A stretch of 64,000 bases of DNA from Epiperipatus broadwayi (taxonomy: Eukaryota; Animalia; Onychophora), in NCBI GenBank assembly GCA_028023455.1, contig JAQFVV010000004.1, positions 12,028,001 to 12,092,000 on the forward strand, written 5' to 3'. Positions 1 to 15,240 of this stretch are shown piece after piece. Both the position numbers and the translations under genes were made by a program. Under the pieces are notes generated by a model, which did no database searches, had not been told where the DNA came from, and saw only the letters and a program-made list of their open reading frames with translations. Each line of letters begins with the position of its first letter. Positions within the stretch are counted from its first letter, which is position 1.

Positions 1-3000
1 AACTCACCTTCCTCACCCTCCAAACCAGAACCAACATGATCCCAACATGACCCTCTCTCCAAACAAACTGATCAATCACCCTCAGTAGAAATTGATCAAC
101 AAACAATCGCACCCACTGATTCTCCACATTAGAACAACCAAATGCCATTTCACAGTTTTCAAAATACACCCTCTGTCATCATTAACTCTTTTTATACTCC
201 ATGAAACTAAAAATAACAGGGCTCAATATCTGCAGCTTCAATTCACCATCAATGCAATTGGATTACTATCATTCAACCTCATCTCAGATTACTGAAAACC
301 AAAGTATACAGAGGATCTCAAATTGACCCTGCTGACTACCTCAATAGACATGGCTTCTGTGCTTGCTCCAAAGAGACTTCATTGCCATCAGCAGACACTG
401 GTATTCTCATCATCTTTGATTGCCCATTCAAGACATTTAAAATTTTATATATTGATGAACACTTATTAATTACCACTTTTCACCACCCTGCAGTAGTACT
501 AAACATTGTATTCATCTATATTTCCCGTGACTTTACAGACACCACATATATCATCCAAATCATCAATTCAGTTCTTACAACTAACCCACACCCAACTATA
601 TTAATGGATTATTTTAATCTGAATTGTCTAACTTTTATAAATAAATAGCTTCATCTCTTAAATGTCCCACTAATGAGTGCACATGGTTTTTTATCACCTA
701 GTTCAATCACTTTTCACAACAACTGGCATGCCACACTCATCAACTTATATTTTTACTCTCCAATGTTGCATCACTTAATATAACCTAATCTTAAATCCAC
801 TCCATTCAAGACCACTCTGCCCAAGCAGTCACACTTAATCATAATGAACTCCTTGCAACATCCATTCAATTATGTAAAGCAATGCACATGATTCTTTCCT
901 CAACTATTGAGTTCATGTTTTCTGAATCCTATAACATGTTAAACAAGCTACTTTAAATAGCTTTAGACATAATTCAAAAGTATCTTGCCCTCACACACAT
1001 TATCATTTAATATACAACACTTAACACAACAGCCCCTTCTCACCGCTGCATCTTCTAACATTGGCCGATAAGTTTCATAAGGAAACAGACACTACTAAGT
1101 CATCCAACAAACACATCACAGTTACTCAGGCTTACTAAAATTTACCACCATGTCTGTAAACAGTTGAAGGATGATTGTGTAATCAAAAGAAAAATTTTCC
1201 TAACCCAGCAGCACACACATTAATCTAAGAGTATACATACACTGGGCATTTGATCATCAATCCTCATCATTCCTATGGCACTTCAAACTGACATGGACAT
1301 AATTTGATCCACCATATAACCCTGTACTTTAAAAATAAACATCAGACCCATGATGCATTCACTCTATCAGTACACTGTTCTGGATGACTGGAAACTACTA
1401 TGCATTTCCAAATCAGCCAATGTGCCACTAAACTTGCTACTATTGAAAACTCATAACTTTGATCCTCTTGGAATTCATGCATTCATATGAAGTTATCTTA
1501 ATTATTTCAATATACTATATATCCTGATCTGGCCAATATTCTATCCAAGGTTTGTATTCAATTGCCATTGAGACTTTCATTAAAGAACTTCAGGCACATC
1601 TGATCTAACCAACCTCTGGACTATCTCCATGAACCCACCAGCCATTAAAATACCTAAAAAAGTAATCAAAGACAAAATTGAGCCACACATCCATTATTAT
1701 CACATCTACAATTTGCCTAAAAAGGCTTTTCCACCAGGCAAGCAGTACTTCTTATATTTATGACAATTCTAAGCTAGTTCAAAAATAAAAACCAGTCCCA
1801 TCACAATCTAGCCTGATATACAAGCAGCGTTTATTTCTGTATCAAGTAACCTACTTATTCAAGTGATCACTATCACCACCATCTCATTGACTCTGTTATA
1901 CCAAGTCACTAAGTTCCTTCTGAATCACGAGTTGCATATTACTGTTAATGGTAGAAATTCTCCATCCTTCAATACCATGCAGTCAATCTCACAAGGTTTA
2001 TCTCTAAGCTCATTACTTTTTACACTTTATAAATTCACCTTTACAAGAATTACAGAATAAAATTACAGGAATCCTAATTCTACACAACTTCCTGTATAAC
2101 CTAAATGAATGATATCACTGTCTCACTGCCTTCTCAGAAACAAATCCGCATATTACAAACCACTCCTAATGAATGCAGAGCAGCCTACAAACTGCACTTG
2201 AATCTTCAAAAACTGCTGCTTCAGCTTTAATCCCAAAGAAATCATGTTCTCAGATTTTCCAAGGAAAACCCACTTCATTCTAAGGTTTTCCCTATTACAA
2301 AGCTTCCCTTGGTATGAGATTCACAATAAAAACCAAGTTACAAGATTCATGTTCTCAGATTTTCCAAGGAAAACCCACTTCATTCTAAGGTTTTCCCTAT
2401 TACAAAGGTTCCCTTGGTATGAGATTCACAATAAAAACAAAGTTACAAGATTCTGTACTACAAATTACCAATTCACTTTCTAATGCATCTTTATCAATTT
2501 ACTCCAAATTTTCAAAGATTTTTATTTCTACAATCAATTCCATATGTGAAAATTGCTCTGAGGCTACATGACTGTAGCAATAACCATAAAGTGGAGCAAC
2601 TTCCAACCCTTGTACAACAGATTGGGTTCACACAGCATTCAGGTGTTTTATACACAAAAAGCCATTAATTTAATAGCAGCTATTGCCAAGTTCCAAAACC
2701 TCCAGCACCTGATGAAATTAACACCTACAGATAATGATCCTCTTTCAACACCATATATCACTGATCTTATTCACACTATACTTGGTATCACCATTCAGAT
2801 CAGTCTCTCCTGCATTTCCAAGTATAATTACTGGCACACATATAACCTACTTCATACAGACTGTAGTAAAGATTATCCTCTCAACCATCATCTTCTCTGC
2901 CATTTTAAAAAATTGGCACTAGAACCAAATTTTTTGACTTCCTAATTAGACTCAACCTGCATATGCTTCCAACATCTTTTTTCCTGTGGTATCATTTTCT

Positions 3001-3785
3001 ATACAACAGTAATCCAATGGGTTATACCACAAAGACAAAGAGACTCAAAAATATCTTCTCAATGAGTACTGAGCACTAAACTCCACACTGCAAATTATGT
3101 TAAATGCATACAGGCATCACACTACTTCATCCATCACATAACTCAGTCCTTCCAAAGATTATATATTCCTGCAGTACATGCAGCCACATTTACCTGTTTG
3201 CCTTTTGGTGTACCCATTGCACCTTCTTGTTAGGGAACAATACCAGGAGCCATCCATCCACATTTATCAATAAATGATGACAATGAAAAACATGGAATAA
3301 CAACATGCAGTGACCTAGTTACTCTTTAGAGAGTGACCTAGTCACTCTTTAGAGAGCAATCTAACCTATAAGTGGCCACAACACAAAAGGCAGTACTAAT
3401 AATATTCATGGACATTTCATCTGCTTCATAATACAAACAAGCTACATGAAAATCTGTTTACAGATATTTATTATAATAGTTCAATATCACAGTAGGCTAT
3501 CTAATCAAACCAGTCAAGCTCACAGTAAATGAACATTTCTTTTTTTGTACATCCAATACTATGTTATACAAAAATGTATCATTAACAACAATTACCAATG
3601 TTCATATAATTGTATATAATCAACCAAGATAATCAAATGTATATAATAACAAATAATCATTATGCTTGAAATGCCATTGTAACCCTGGCAAAACCCTTGT
3701 AAGACATTTGTAAAGCGTATTAAGAGATCATTTTGTCAATAAAGTATAGTGTTGAAACATAATAATAATTATGATGATGATGATG
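1..3785 (+). mobile_element. Degenerate non-LTR retrotransposon (LINE, L2/CR1-like), APE endonuclease + RT remnants; 5' end outside the window
   Basis: Frameshifted fragments: 'PTILMDYFN' (~600; GDFN-like), 'IQDHS' (~805; SDH-like), 'KKAF' (~1720; DLSKAFD-like), 'SQGLSLSSLLFTLY' (~1990; GVPQGSxLSPLLF-like). Ends with AATAAA and an (ATG)n tail at ~3750-3785. Clade assignment is tentative. Confidence 0.7.
2243..2452 (+). repeat. 105-bp tandem duplication inside the LINE
   Basis: Two near-identical units starting catgttctcag at 2243 and 2348; the ORF track shows a 35-aa repeat. Confidence 0.95.
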
Positions 3786-4400
3786 TCCTGTCTAATTTAT
3801 TGAAATAATTTTTTTTATATATAAGATTAAACTGTTATTTATAAAAAATGTTAACAATCTGATTTTTAGGATATCTTTTCCTTCAAAATATATAAATAAC
3901 AAAGATACATACATGAAGGCTTGGAGAAGATAAAGATTTTCTAAAAATATAAGAATAATACTATTTATACAAATCTTTTTATTATTAATAAAATTTTATA
4001 TCGCTTATGTTTTTATCTACTTTTTATTTATTTTTTCTTCACTTTTTTAACAAGCACTTGATTATTACAAAAAACAACAACGATTTGCTGAAGTCTCCTC
4101 AGCCAATTACTTTGAATCTGATTGCGAAGACTGATATAAGCACTTTGTTGCTCGAGTTGACAACTTGATCTCTCAATAATCAAATTCACTACATTTAAAA
4201 AAAATCTCAATTTAATTTCTTAAGTTAAATTAACAAAAACTTATTACACAAATATAAAATAAAAACAAAATATATCAAAACTAGTACAGCTTGTATGGAT
4301 TATGATTTTTTTATTGCCCTTTCAATAAAATTTTTGTTTTCCATTTTAAAATTTTTCTTAAACTACTTTTATGATAAGTCTATATTATTATTTACCCTTT

Positions 4401-4575
4401 TGTAGGAGATGATGATCTGGACCAACTGATGAGTGTGGATTCAGCATAAAATACATATATTGGAGATAATTTATCTTTTTCACATGTATGTGGTCATTTG
4501 TATAGGTTATATTAGATAGAGTGAATGGCTGAAGGAAGCCTTTTAATTACACTAGATTTAGTATATACACTATAA
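4401..4575 (+). mobile_element. Truncated hammerhead-repeat copy, subfamily B
   Basis: accaa-CTGATGA-gtgtggattcagcat-AAAA-tacata-ta-ttgga (GAAA mutated to AAAA); downstream sequence matches the 56.3-57.0 kb copies with an internal deletion. Confidence 0.8.
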
Positions 4576-4799
4576 TAATATTTAAATATTATAATTTTCA
4601 TATTTTTATACACACATCTAAGATACAAGCAAAAAGACTTTCAGTATTGTTTAAATTTAACTAGCAAACAATATTTATAATGAATGTTATCATTTTAGTA
4701 AGCATTTTTGTTCTCAGTGATGAAAGCTTTTATTCATCAAAAAGACAAAATACACAACATTAAAAAAGGGTTTACAAAGAAATAATTACATAGCAAAAT

Positions 4800-5440
4800 G
4801 AAATTCAAGTACAATATAATAAAGGGGAAGAAAAATACATATGAAATGGGAAGGGGATGTGGAATGGGTGTGTAGTCCAGGCAAAGAAGTCTTTGGTAAG
4901 GAGCAATGTTGATAGGCTTGGTTGCCCTGGTGAATTGATAGGAGGATCCATATGTGATATGAATTTTGGAGGAATAGCTGTATGTTAAGTCTTTAGAAGT
5001 TTCAGAGATGGATGAGAAGATTTCTGAGTTATGCTTAAATGCAACAGGCTGATTTTTATTTTTTGTAGATGAGTAATTTTAGTTTTTCCCATTGTACTTG
5101 GAATGGCATTATGATTGGTCATGTTGTTATTTTTGACTACTTTTTACCTTTGATAGAGCAAACCACAGTCTGAAAGGAAGGAAGATCCAAAAGGCAAGGA
5201 GATGGAGACTTGTAAGTTCTTTGGTGATGATGTTTTTAGTTATCTTGTTTGAAATTCAGTTTGGATAAAATTTGGGTAATTTTGAAGGTTTTAGTTCATG
5301 TAGTTTAGGTCTCTCCACATTTTTCCTGCTAGGGGCAGTGGCCATCTTTAAACCATTTGAAAGAATGAAAAGTAATATGAAGAAAAACAATTTTGAAATG
5401 GAAAAATTAACTATATTGATGTAAAAGCAAAAAAAAACAT
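4800..5440 (-). mobile_element. Degenerate LINE 3' fragment
   Basis: C/A-rich minus strand with a broken frame containing 'YHIWIL', resembling the 'YAIWVTR' remnant at 39.9 kb. Confidence 0.3.
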
Positions 5441-7019
5441 ACTGGAACACTTGTTATTAATAATTTTGATTGAGTAATGACAAAATTGAGGGAAAATTCT
5501 AAGCGATTAGTTACCCAGAGGAGGGTGTGTGTGAAAAATAAGATCGTTAAAATGGCCTAAATAACTGGAACAGAACAAAGAAAACTTTGAAAACCAAATT
5601 TTGAGTGACAGGGAACTTGAAATAGGAGAAATATTTAAGAGTCTAAGAGGGAATAAAACCCTTTATGGTCCATGAAACAACTGAAACACCCATAAAATGG
5701 GGGAGGGGGGAAATGAAGTAGTTAAATGCTGTTGAGCACAAGGTAGACATAAGGAAATTTATGTTAAATATGCACTAAAACTGAGATTGAGTAAATGAAA
5801 GAGTACATTAGTAACAAAATAAGGTCTTTAAAGGGCCAAATAAATAAAAATGGCACCTTTCACTGCTGCAACACCAACTTTTCAGAGCGATTCTGTGCGA
5901 GCTGTGAGGAGGATGACTTTCCAGTAAGAGCTCCACCTATGGACTCTTTAGTAAGCATTTTTAATTACTTAAAACATATATATATATGATCGCTCTCTGA
6001 ATTTTTCTCTTCTGATGGAATTAAAAATGTACTAAGCATGTTTTAACGTTTTTAAAATTGGTTTTGAATCCATACAATTGCATTTTTTTACATTTTGTAA
6101 TTAACTTAAAAGTAAATCATATAGACATTAGTTTTAAATACTATATATAAATATCATTCTACTGCTTTGTTTAAAATTTTATTTCATTTTCTAGTTGTAC
6201 TCCCTTACGACATATTTATAAAAATCTATTGCATCGTATTCACTAGTATATATTATAAGTCTTTTACAAATATAATAATTTTCATTCTAACATATTGCTT
6301 CACTATTTTCTCATATTTATTGAAATGCATTACACCTTGATATATCTATGTCAAGCTTTCTACATTTACAACTTTGATATCAACTATTTTAGACAAATAA
6401 GTACGGTAATAATTTTTTCTAATCATTTATTAAGCTGAAGTTTATCTCTTGTTCAATGTACAGTTCAATCCTCATTTAAATATTAATATATGTGTTTTTA
6501 AAAAATTAAACATAAGCAGGTAAAACACATAAAGCCGTGCATATATACTTTTAATTTTAAAGCAAAAAACATATGTTAAAGTAATAATTAACAGATCTTT
6601 ACATTTTTTTTTACTTTTAAAAAATATTATTTTCAAATAATTATCATTGTCTAATAATATTAAAAAATAAATACTAAACAAACATAGAATTTATTGTCAG
6701 TAAATATGAACATATTTATCTTTTCATTATTAAATATTGTACCATATTGTACTTAAATTTGTTTTTCTCATATAATCAATACATTGGCAATAATATGACT
6801 ATCAGTTAACCCAATATTATTATATCTCCCTTAACTAAAAATAAGTAGATAAAATGTACCAATCATTGCAGATAATTGGCAATGGATTAACCATATACAA
6901 AACCTGAGGTTGTTAAAAAATTGTAGTAAAATCTTTGTATATTCAGTTAAAACTAATACAAAGCAACACCAGAATATTATACACACTCACATATATATAT
7001 ATATATTGTAATGGACCGG

Positions 7020-7480
7020 ATTTTGATTTTAGAGACATGGATCAAATTCAACAATTGACTGCTCCAAACATGATGTGTCAAACAACTTACACCTAGTCTG
7101 TATGTGCTGGTGCTCCTATCATTCGTGGTTGTGCCAAAAATGTAACAGACCTATGTTGGCAATTTGTTGCCACATGCTCAAAATATCAAAAATGAAACAT
7201 CAAAAATGAAACATTGATGAGTCGGAAACAGGAGATGGTATATGTAATACCTAACTAATGATTGTGCCTGACTACTTAAATTAGCTCAATTTTATTACCT
7301 GGTTCAGACATAATTTAGATAGGTATATCCAGAACCCACTCTTCTTTCAGGTCCTATTATGCCTTGGAGTTCAAACTCAGCAAAGAATTCCACATTCAAC
7401 TCTCTTCAAGGATGGACTTAAATAGATAGCAATAATACAACCTCTATATAGGTCCCTGATGGCTTTTCTACTAATGATTA
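7020..7480 (+). mobile_element. Degenerate Gypsy-like integrase remnant
   Basis: 'DLCWQFVATCSKYQK' (zinc-finger tail, FVxxCxxCQ-like), 'LMIVPDYL' (IVDYF-like) and 'TTSI*VPDGF' (TTPYHPQSNG-like) appear in the expected order. Confidence 0.4.
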
Positions 7481-7673
7481 TAAGGTTCGATTCTTACATA
7501 TAAATATCATGAACATATAAAAGATGTGTGGATATGAGCTATATATATAATTTGGTGAGTGAAGTATGAATGATGTTTGACAAATTAGAGACCAGTATAA
7601 CAAAGATTTTCTAATTTCAAACAACAAATATTTTTATTTAACAATAACTGGGTTTAAAAATAACAAATGTATA

Positions 7674-7674
<1 letters not shown>

Positions 7675-7737
<63 letters not shown>
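7675..7737. repeat. (ATT)n microsatellite
   Basis: Direct observation; abuts the hammerhead-repeat insertion. Confidence 0.97.
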
Positions 7738-7747
7738 ATAATAATAT

Positions 7748-8151
7748 AATAACTGAAAACAGGCTTATTATATACCTGTGTGTCTATATATGTAATATAG
7801 GGTATATGAGCACAGACTTTCAGATGACCCATCACTCTCCACTCTATCTAATATCACTGATACACTCAAGCACATATATGCTGAAAAGATAAATAATCAC
7901 CAATATACGTATTTCATGCTAAACCAGCAATCATCAGTTGGTCCAGATTATCATCTCCCACACATATATACTATAAGTGCTCAGATATATATTAAGATAG
8001 ACAATCTTCCTACTTTAATGGACAGGCTCCAATCTACTACACCCTCCAACTCTTCAACCTCAGCATATATGTGCTTGAGTGTATCAGTGATATTAGATAG
8101 AGTGGAGAGTGATGGGTCTTCTGAAAGTCTGTGCTCATATACCCTATATTA
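7748..8151 (-). mobile_element. Hammerhead-repeat (retrozyme-like) copy, subfamily A, 5'-truncated with an inverted terminal arm
   Basis: 7748-8058 matches the 55.1-55.7 kb monomer on the minus strand; 8060-8151 is an inverted copy of 7793-7884. Confidence 0.9.
7899..7942 (-). ncRNA. Type I hammerhead ribozyme, intact core
   Basis: Reverse complement reads ACCAA CUGAUGA U UGCU-GGUUU-AGCA U GAAA UACGUA UA UUGGU. Confidence 0.85.
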
Positions 8152-9868
8152 AATAATAATAATAATAATAAATAAAATATTGGATATGTGACTACTATAA
8201 CCTAATTGAATACTACTATTGCTTTATGCCTACCATAGTATGATCACATATTTGAAACTGAGCAATTCAACAAAGAAAAAAATATTAGATAACCCAAACA
8301 AAAGAAATTATGATACACTATAGTATAGGATAAAATGATTACTATTTTGAGAATTATCTTATATTAATGTGTACTTAAAGTTTAGTTAAATTGGGTCATC
8401 TGGATACATTTCAATTTTATGCCTATAGATTGCTAATTTATGATGCACAGGTAGAAATCACTCATAGATGGTTAGTCACGCAAACAAGAGAAATATCTAT
8501 TTATAAGTAATTATTAGTAAGCAAAATAATATGTAACATTATTAGTAAGTGCCTAATTAAATGTGTAGGTTCAAAATCTTACCTTTCTATTTTTAAATCA
8601 TAACATTCTGACGTCACGTCTCAGTACACCAAAAAGGCTAGACTTTATCTATCAATAACAAAGATAATTATATATATACTTTGTGTTGTGTAGTTATATT
8701 TCTCTCCCTTTATCAGGCTTTATGATTCTTTAGATTTTAAAATACTAAAACAAAAATATTCTTTGCAAATGTGTGGAAAGATGAGAAAAATCTTAACACA
8801 ACTTTCAGTACACACACAAAAAAATATGTAAATACAAAATATTTTATATCATCAACATTAAATGAAAACTTAGACTTCTTTGAAGAAAAGGGTTAAATTT
8901 GGAAACAGTGGCATCAGTGTTTTGGCAGATGATGTTTTTCACTTCATTCCCGTATATTGGTCATTCTAAACTCTAACGACTTGGAACAATTTCCACGATG
9001 AAGTTAATCCAGCAAAGCTCCTGATTTTGTAGCAACTTCCTTTTGAATCCATGAAATCTTTCATTTGAATCGTTCCACGTTTATTTGGGCATCAGGCGTA
9101 CCAATGGTTAGGCAAACATCATTATTTGATGACTAGAAGAGGGCACTCAAATCCCATGACAATTGATTTAGCAAAATTGCATTATTTGGTTTTATATACA
9201 TAAGAAAAATTAATAATTCTATACTGGTTCTTTCAAAGTTCATGATAGAAATAAAGAAACGCTCTTAATTTCAGCTCGTATATATTATATACAATGTGTT
9301 ATAAATAAATTTTACTTTATAAGAAATGCCATCTGATATTTTTCAACTTCTATCTTATATTTTAATTAATTTGTATTTTAAGAGCTTTATAGAAATTGTG
9401 AGATCTTTATAGCTTATAAACATTTATAATGTACTTATTCAAAATTTTACTTTCGGTTGGATTCCATTTCTATAAATCTTGTTGTGCAGTTTTTCCCGTT
9501 CTATATCAACAAAACTAATAATTTTTTTCACTCTTTCCAGACATTTGTTGCTACCATGTGACTTGATTTGACATCAGCTCATTATCTTTTTTTTTCAAGT
9601 CATGATTTTAAACTATTGAATTTCATGTGCTGGAAAAGTTTAAATGTTTGTTTCAGTATACATGAAAGTTTGAAGATATTTTACTCATATATTGTTCATT
9701 GGAACGTTTTTTATTATTTATTAAAAAAAAATTCCCTCCTGTACGCATAGTTACTTATATGTATATGTATCTCTGGATATGCTGACTGCCTATCTAAACT
9801 TTATATAATCCTAGTTGGTTGTTCTAAAACATCTGCTAGTTATATTTACAAGGATTGTGCATCACCTT

Positions 9869-9908
<40 letters not shown>

Positions 9909-12900
9909 ATATCATTGACCCTTGTAAGTCCACATAACAAGGACAATAACAAATATAAAGACAAAAAATTAGAAGATGACAATATACATCAATCCTTGAA
10001 CAATTAATAAAAATATCTGAATCATATGCTGTTGTTACAAACTGCTATTTAACATACTGCAATACCATACTTTAACCATTTCTGCAATAAAAACTTTTTT
10101 TAGAGAAAGACTTCAACAACTTGCATATTTGTGTGCCTTTATTATATTATATCCTGAGCTATATATTCCGAATGAAAGCAATTAATATTGCACGTTTTTA
10201 GACTGTCTTTGAAATAATCTTTATAATGAAACTGGGATCTGAGTCTCTCAGAAAAATAGCCACAAAACATTTTTTTAAAAAATCGGTTACTGATTCATTC
10301 AACATAATATAATAAAAATGTCCCCCTTTAATAATAGACTCAATATCATCATATTAAATAAATTGAAACTCATATTTGTTGATGTTAGGATCTTGTTATC
10401 ATATTTTCAGAATTAAATGTATCATTTATAATTAAAAGAACTTCTAATACTTTTATGTTACAATGATAAGAGGTCCATTTCTTACTTTCATATAATAAAT
10501 TTGCAAAAATAATTTAGCCATATATATATTTCAGTAAACATAAATAGTATAGTTATATCATAATGATGATATATTTTATTGTGTAATTTCTTAAAAAAAT
10601 AGCAACATATTGGATTCTGTGTTCTACCCGACATTCATGCCTTCCTTTCTGCCTCAAAATCTAATAACGTATTTAAAATGATTTACATTTTCAAGGTGAG
10701 AATCATCTAAGTTTGACTTTATTTGAGTTTTTTTTCCTACCAGTGGCTGAATTTTTCACTGATTAATTATTAAATCAGAGTTTATAAAAAACATTAAAAA
10801 ATTAAAAAAATTCTGTGCAAGATCTTTTAAATTGATTTACAATGATCAAAATATTGTAAATCGAGATTCCAAAAAGATTATCATTAAATGGTTCAAGATT
10901 AAAACTTCATCACCAAACATATATTTTGATAAACTGTTCCACAGAATATTGTCACAAAGATAAAAAAAAACATAGTACTAATAATATTTTTATGCATTTT
11001 ACATGGAGATAAAATTCATCTTTTGAATGTACTTTCACTGCAGATGATAACAAAAATATTTCAAACCAATTAATACAATCATCATTTCTACTTCATTCAT
11101 TTTTTATAATTTGAGAAGATAGAAGCATTCCTAAGTGGGATAACTTCATGGGGTCTATGCATTCCCAAACTATTCCAATAGATTTGAAAATAACATATCA
11201 ATGAATTTTAAAACTTGACTGCATATGTCAAAAAGATCTGAAGACTTTCTTTTTTCAATATTCTAAAAAATATTGGATATGTTTGTTCAAATATAAATAA
11301 GTAGCTAAAATAGATACATCACTAAAATAATTTGGATACTTGTATCACTATTTTAATATGATAAAAATACCCCCTCCCATCTGCTTAAAATATCATTATT
11401 ATCGTATAAAATAATCACATCTCTTTGATTTAATAGGATTGTATAGTATTTTAAAGATTCCACATTAATGCATTAAAGCCAGGATCTCAATTGACCACTA
11501 TTGTCAATTAATTCTTCTGTGGTTTTAATCTATTACCCATTATTACACCTTCTTATCAAACCCTGAATATACATACACAACTTATAAATCTCCATATTTA
11601 TTTTAAATAATTTCTATTATTTTTATTTATTTTATTCTACAAAATAGGAAATATTAAACATTTAAAAAAATCAAATCCGTAATAACCACTGGCAAACACT
11701 AATCAAGATTATTCATTTTGGTGGAATCAAAAACAAACACATTCCTTATGAGAATTGTATTCTTAATAATATGCAAATATTGAAAATCTAATCAGATACT
11801 ATACACAGTGACTCAAAAATTTATAAGGTATCTTGGGGGTCATTTTTCTTTTATTGTATCTTTATTTATATGAATTTAAAAACTAAGGGGAAGTATGGAG
11901 GTTTTTAATATATCTATAAAGATATTACACATGGGAAAGAGAAAGGTGAATAACTCCATATGTGTGTATGTTTAAAATTAAAAAAATCAGATATATCAAT
12001 CTTTAACTGTGGGTTAAAGCTTATATCTGTGCTATAATCTCTAGTTTAGAAAATGATTAGTAATAATCATTACTGTATTTATCTGAGGTGGATGGTATCA
12101 AAGTTGTGAGTGGAGTGAGTTTGACAATGATAAATAAAAATGTAAGGAATTAAAAATGTAACTTTTTTGATTACCCTATATTTGAATTAGAAAATAAAAC
12201 TCAGCTTTGTTTCATTAATTGTTCTATAATGAAATTTTCTATAATTAATTTTGATAGCGCATATTATAAAAATCAATAGTAAAAAAATAAGAATATCAAA
12301 AATAATTATAAAAGTTACAAATTTTATCAATATATATATTATAATAATTGACTTTTACAATTACAGTTTATTAAAAACAAATATTAACTCGAAGCTATTT
12401 TAAATGCTGAAATGAAATTATTTAAATAAAATAATTTTTGCTTTCCCTTTTTTAAAGTAATATTTATATTTGACATAAATTTCCTTGTATATTTTTTCAT
12501 TCCTAAAAATATAAAACCATATGACATCCCTGAACCACTGATAAAGATCACATTGTATCTTTTGTGTATACAGTTAAGGCATTGTTTTTGATATAGTTAG
12601 ATTTGCTATGAGGTATCTACTTAAAAAAACCCTAAATCTCCTTATAATCTTCTATAGCTCACTTAGCCCAGACTAAATCCCCAGGCCATGATTTCTACCC
12701 ATTAATCCATAAAAATCTTCTAAATTTACCATTCGGTAAAATTGAGTTATAAATATGGTCTTCTCTGTAATAGTTTCTGTTTATTTATTTTTACTTTTGT
12801 ATAAATTTTTAATTCTGAAATAGTTAAAAAAATTTAGAAACTTTTTTTTGAAAACAAAAAGATAAATTAAAAAATTGTTCAGGTATGGACATTTCTATTT

Positions 12901-15240
12901 ATTTTAGAAATTTATTATATTTAATGTTCCTAAATATTTCATGTTATTTTGCTTCAGTTAAATATAATATGATAATAACTTATTGTTTAAAAAAGTTTCA
13001 TATGTTTATAAATAATTCAAATGATAAACGAACTTTTTTATTTGGTAATCCATTTTTGGTGAAATATATTTATAGAATCACATGATGAATTAGGGAAATG
13101 AAAAATCTGTTTTTAAAACATATTAAGAGTAAATCTACTTCTACTTCCTATGCTCTTGTTTTTTCAACTCGATTAAGATTATAAAAACTATAACATACAT
13201 ATGTACTTCTGAATTATGTAATTATCACAATTTTCTGCTGCTTTAATTAAATACTTAAGTATTTATAATTTTTCATTCTGTATGTTTCCAACATATTACA
13301 TTTTTCATATTTTAAACAATCAGCATGTATATGCAAACATCCACTTTATGGTTCACTAGTATCAGAACTCTATTTATTTAACTTTACTTATTAAGATTTT
13401 ATGATCTAATTTTGAGTTTGAGCAATATAAATCATTATGATCAACCATGTAACGGATAAATCTTCTATTAAACCCGACAAGTGTTATGCAGGATTACATG
13501 TAATATAATATATAAACATTGTGCTCCAGTGCCACAATTAATCAAAACAATTTTCCTGTTCAATAATATATCTCTACAATGTGTTCATTTATATATTTTA
13601 TGCAGAGTAATATGTTACTATCAAGCTATTCATAATAGTTAATTAAACTGAAATGATTGTCATTATTTTAATCACAACAGAATGAAATTATTTTTATATA
13701 AAAATAACAATGAAAAAATAATAATTAAAAATTAAAAATATACATTAGTGTAGAATCAGTGTCAATATAGAAGCACTCCAGGGATTAGATATTAGCATAA
13801 TTATATTATTATTCTTAAACATCAAACAGATATATTTTATATATGAAACTATTAAACATCTGAATTTATATCACTAATTTAATTTAGAGATTAAATATAT
13901 CATATACAGCAAGTATATATTTAATAAAATTTTAAGATCAATTATTCTCAATAAATGATTCGAAATTAATTATTTTTGAAAAAAAAAATGGTACATAGAT
14001 TTTAACCCAAAAAATCATAAAAGATCATAGTGTAGTAATTATTCACCTTTTTAAAATGGTTTCACTCCATGCATTCCTGATGTTAGAATTAGGATTGATA
14101 ATATAAGACTAAATTTAAATCACCTTTTAACAAAATCATAAAAAAATAAGCATGTCAATTATTATACTGATAATATTCATCAACAGGCAATAATTCATAA
14201 CGCAGTCCCTTCTCATTTTTCAGATTCAAAACCAAACATTTAATGACTTTCAACTACAATTCAACGTGGAATAAAAAAGTATGTGTGTATGAATGAATGC
14301 ATTAATATGTGTGTGCATGTTTTGACATAAAGATATTGATGATAAATGACAAAAAAGGAAAGATGTTTGGCATTTATGCAAGATTTTATAGCCACCCACA
14401 CATATGAGCAAGCATTTTTATTAAACAAAATGTTAGATGTCACACAGTAGTCTTCCTATCATAATCAAAATCATAATGAACAATAAATGTCAAATATAAA
14501 CATTTTGTGAGTAATCCAAATTTCCAAGACTTCAAACATTAAAAGAGCACAGAAAACATATATCTTATTCCAGATACTTCTAAGAAATTATGATTCAAAT
14601 TCAAAATACTAACCAAAATAAATAGTGGCACAACAAGATCTGACCTACCAGATAATAATAATCAATTATCCCAATGATGTATCAAGGAGGAATATACACT
14701 TCCATGAACAATAAAGCAAGCATCTATATTTCAAATATACGAACATTTATGCCACAAAAACTATTTCTATAAAAAAGTATGTCACATCCATATTTTCTAT
14801 TAAAATGGGAAACAAAGACAAAGCTCATAATGTGGTAAATATTAACTAAATGCAAATAACTTTTAGCAATTTACACTTCATAAAATGCATACAAGCTTGC
14901 AACGATTCAATTTTTTATCTATCCATAACTTGGATAACTAATTCTCCTTAACAATAAGTTTTATAAAATATTCTTTAATCAATAGAATTAAACATAAAAC
15001 TCACTATGATTTTCACTCATACACTTCAAAGAATTTTACTATAGTTTGGTTCTTTAACTTAAAAATCAAATAAGTTGACATGAAATTTAAAATCAATAAT
15101 GAATAATATTTCTGTAGTGTAATTTTCACTACACCACTCTCATACAAAATAGGGACTAGTTTCTATCCATTTTTAACACCTTATGAAGGAATGTAATCAT
15201 AAATATATGATCAAAGACATGAAAAAAAATTATGATCCAC

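Noticed and set aside
7215-7235. TTGATGAGTCGGAAAC
   Set aside because: No room for stem II and no stem I; lies within the integrase-like remnant.
8880-9150. Minus-strand 'NERFHGFKRKL' transposase-like fragment
   Set aside because: One short motif amid many stops; insufficient support.
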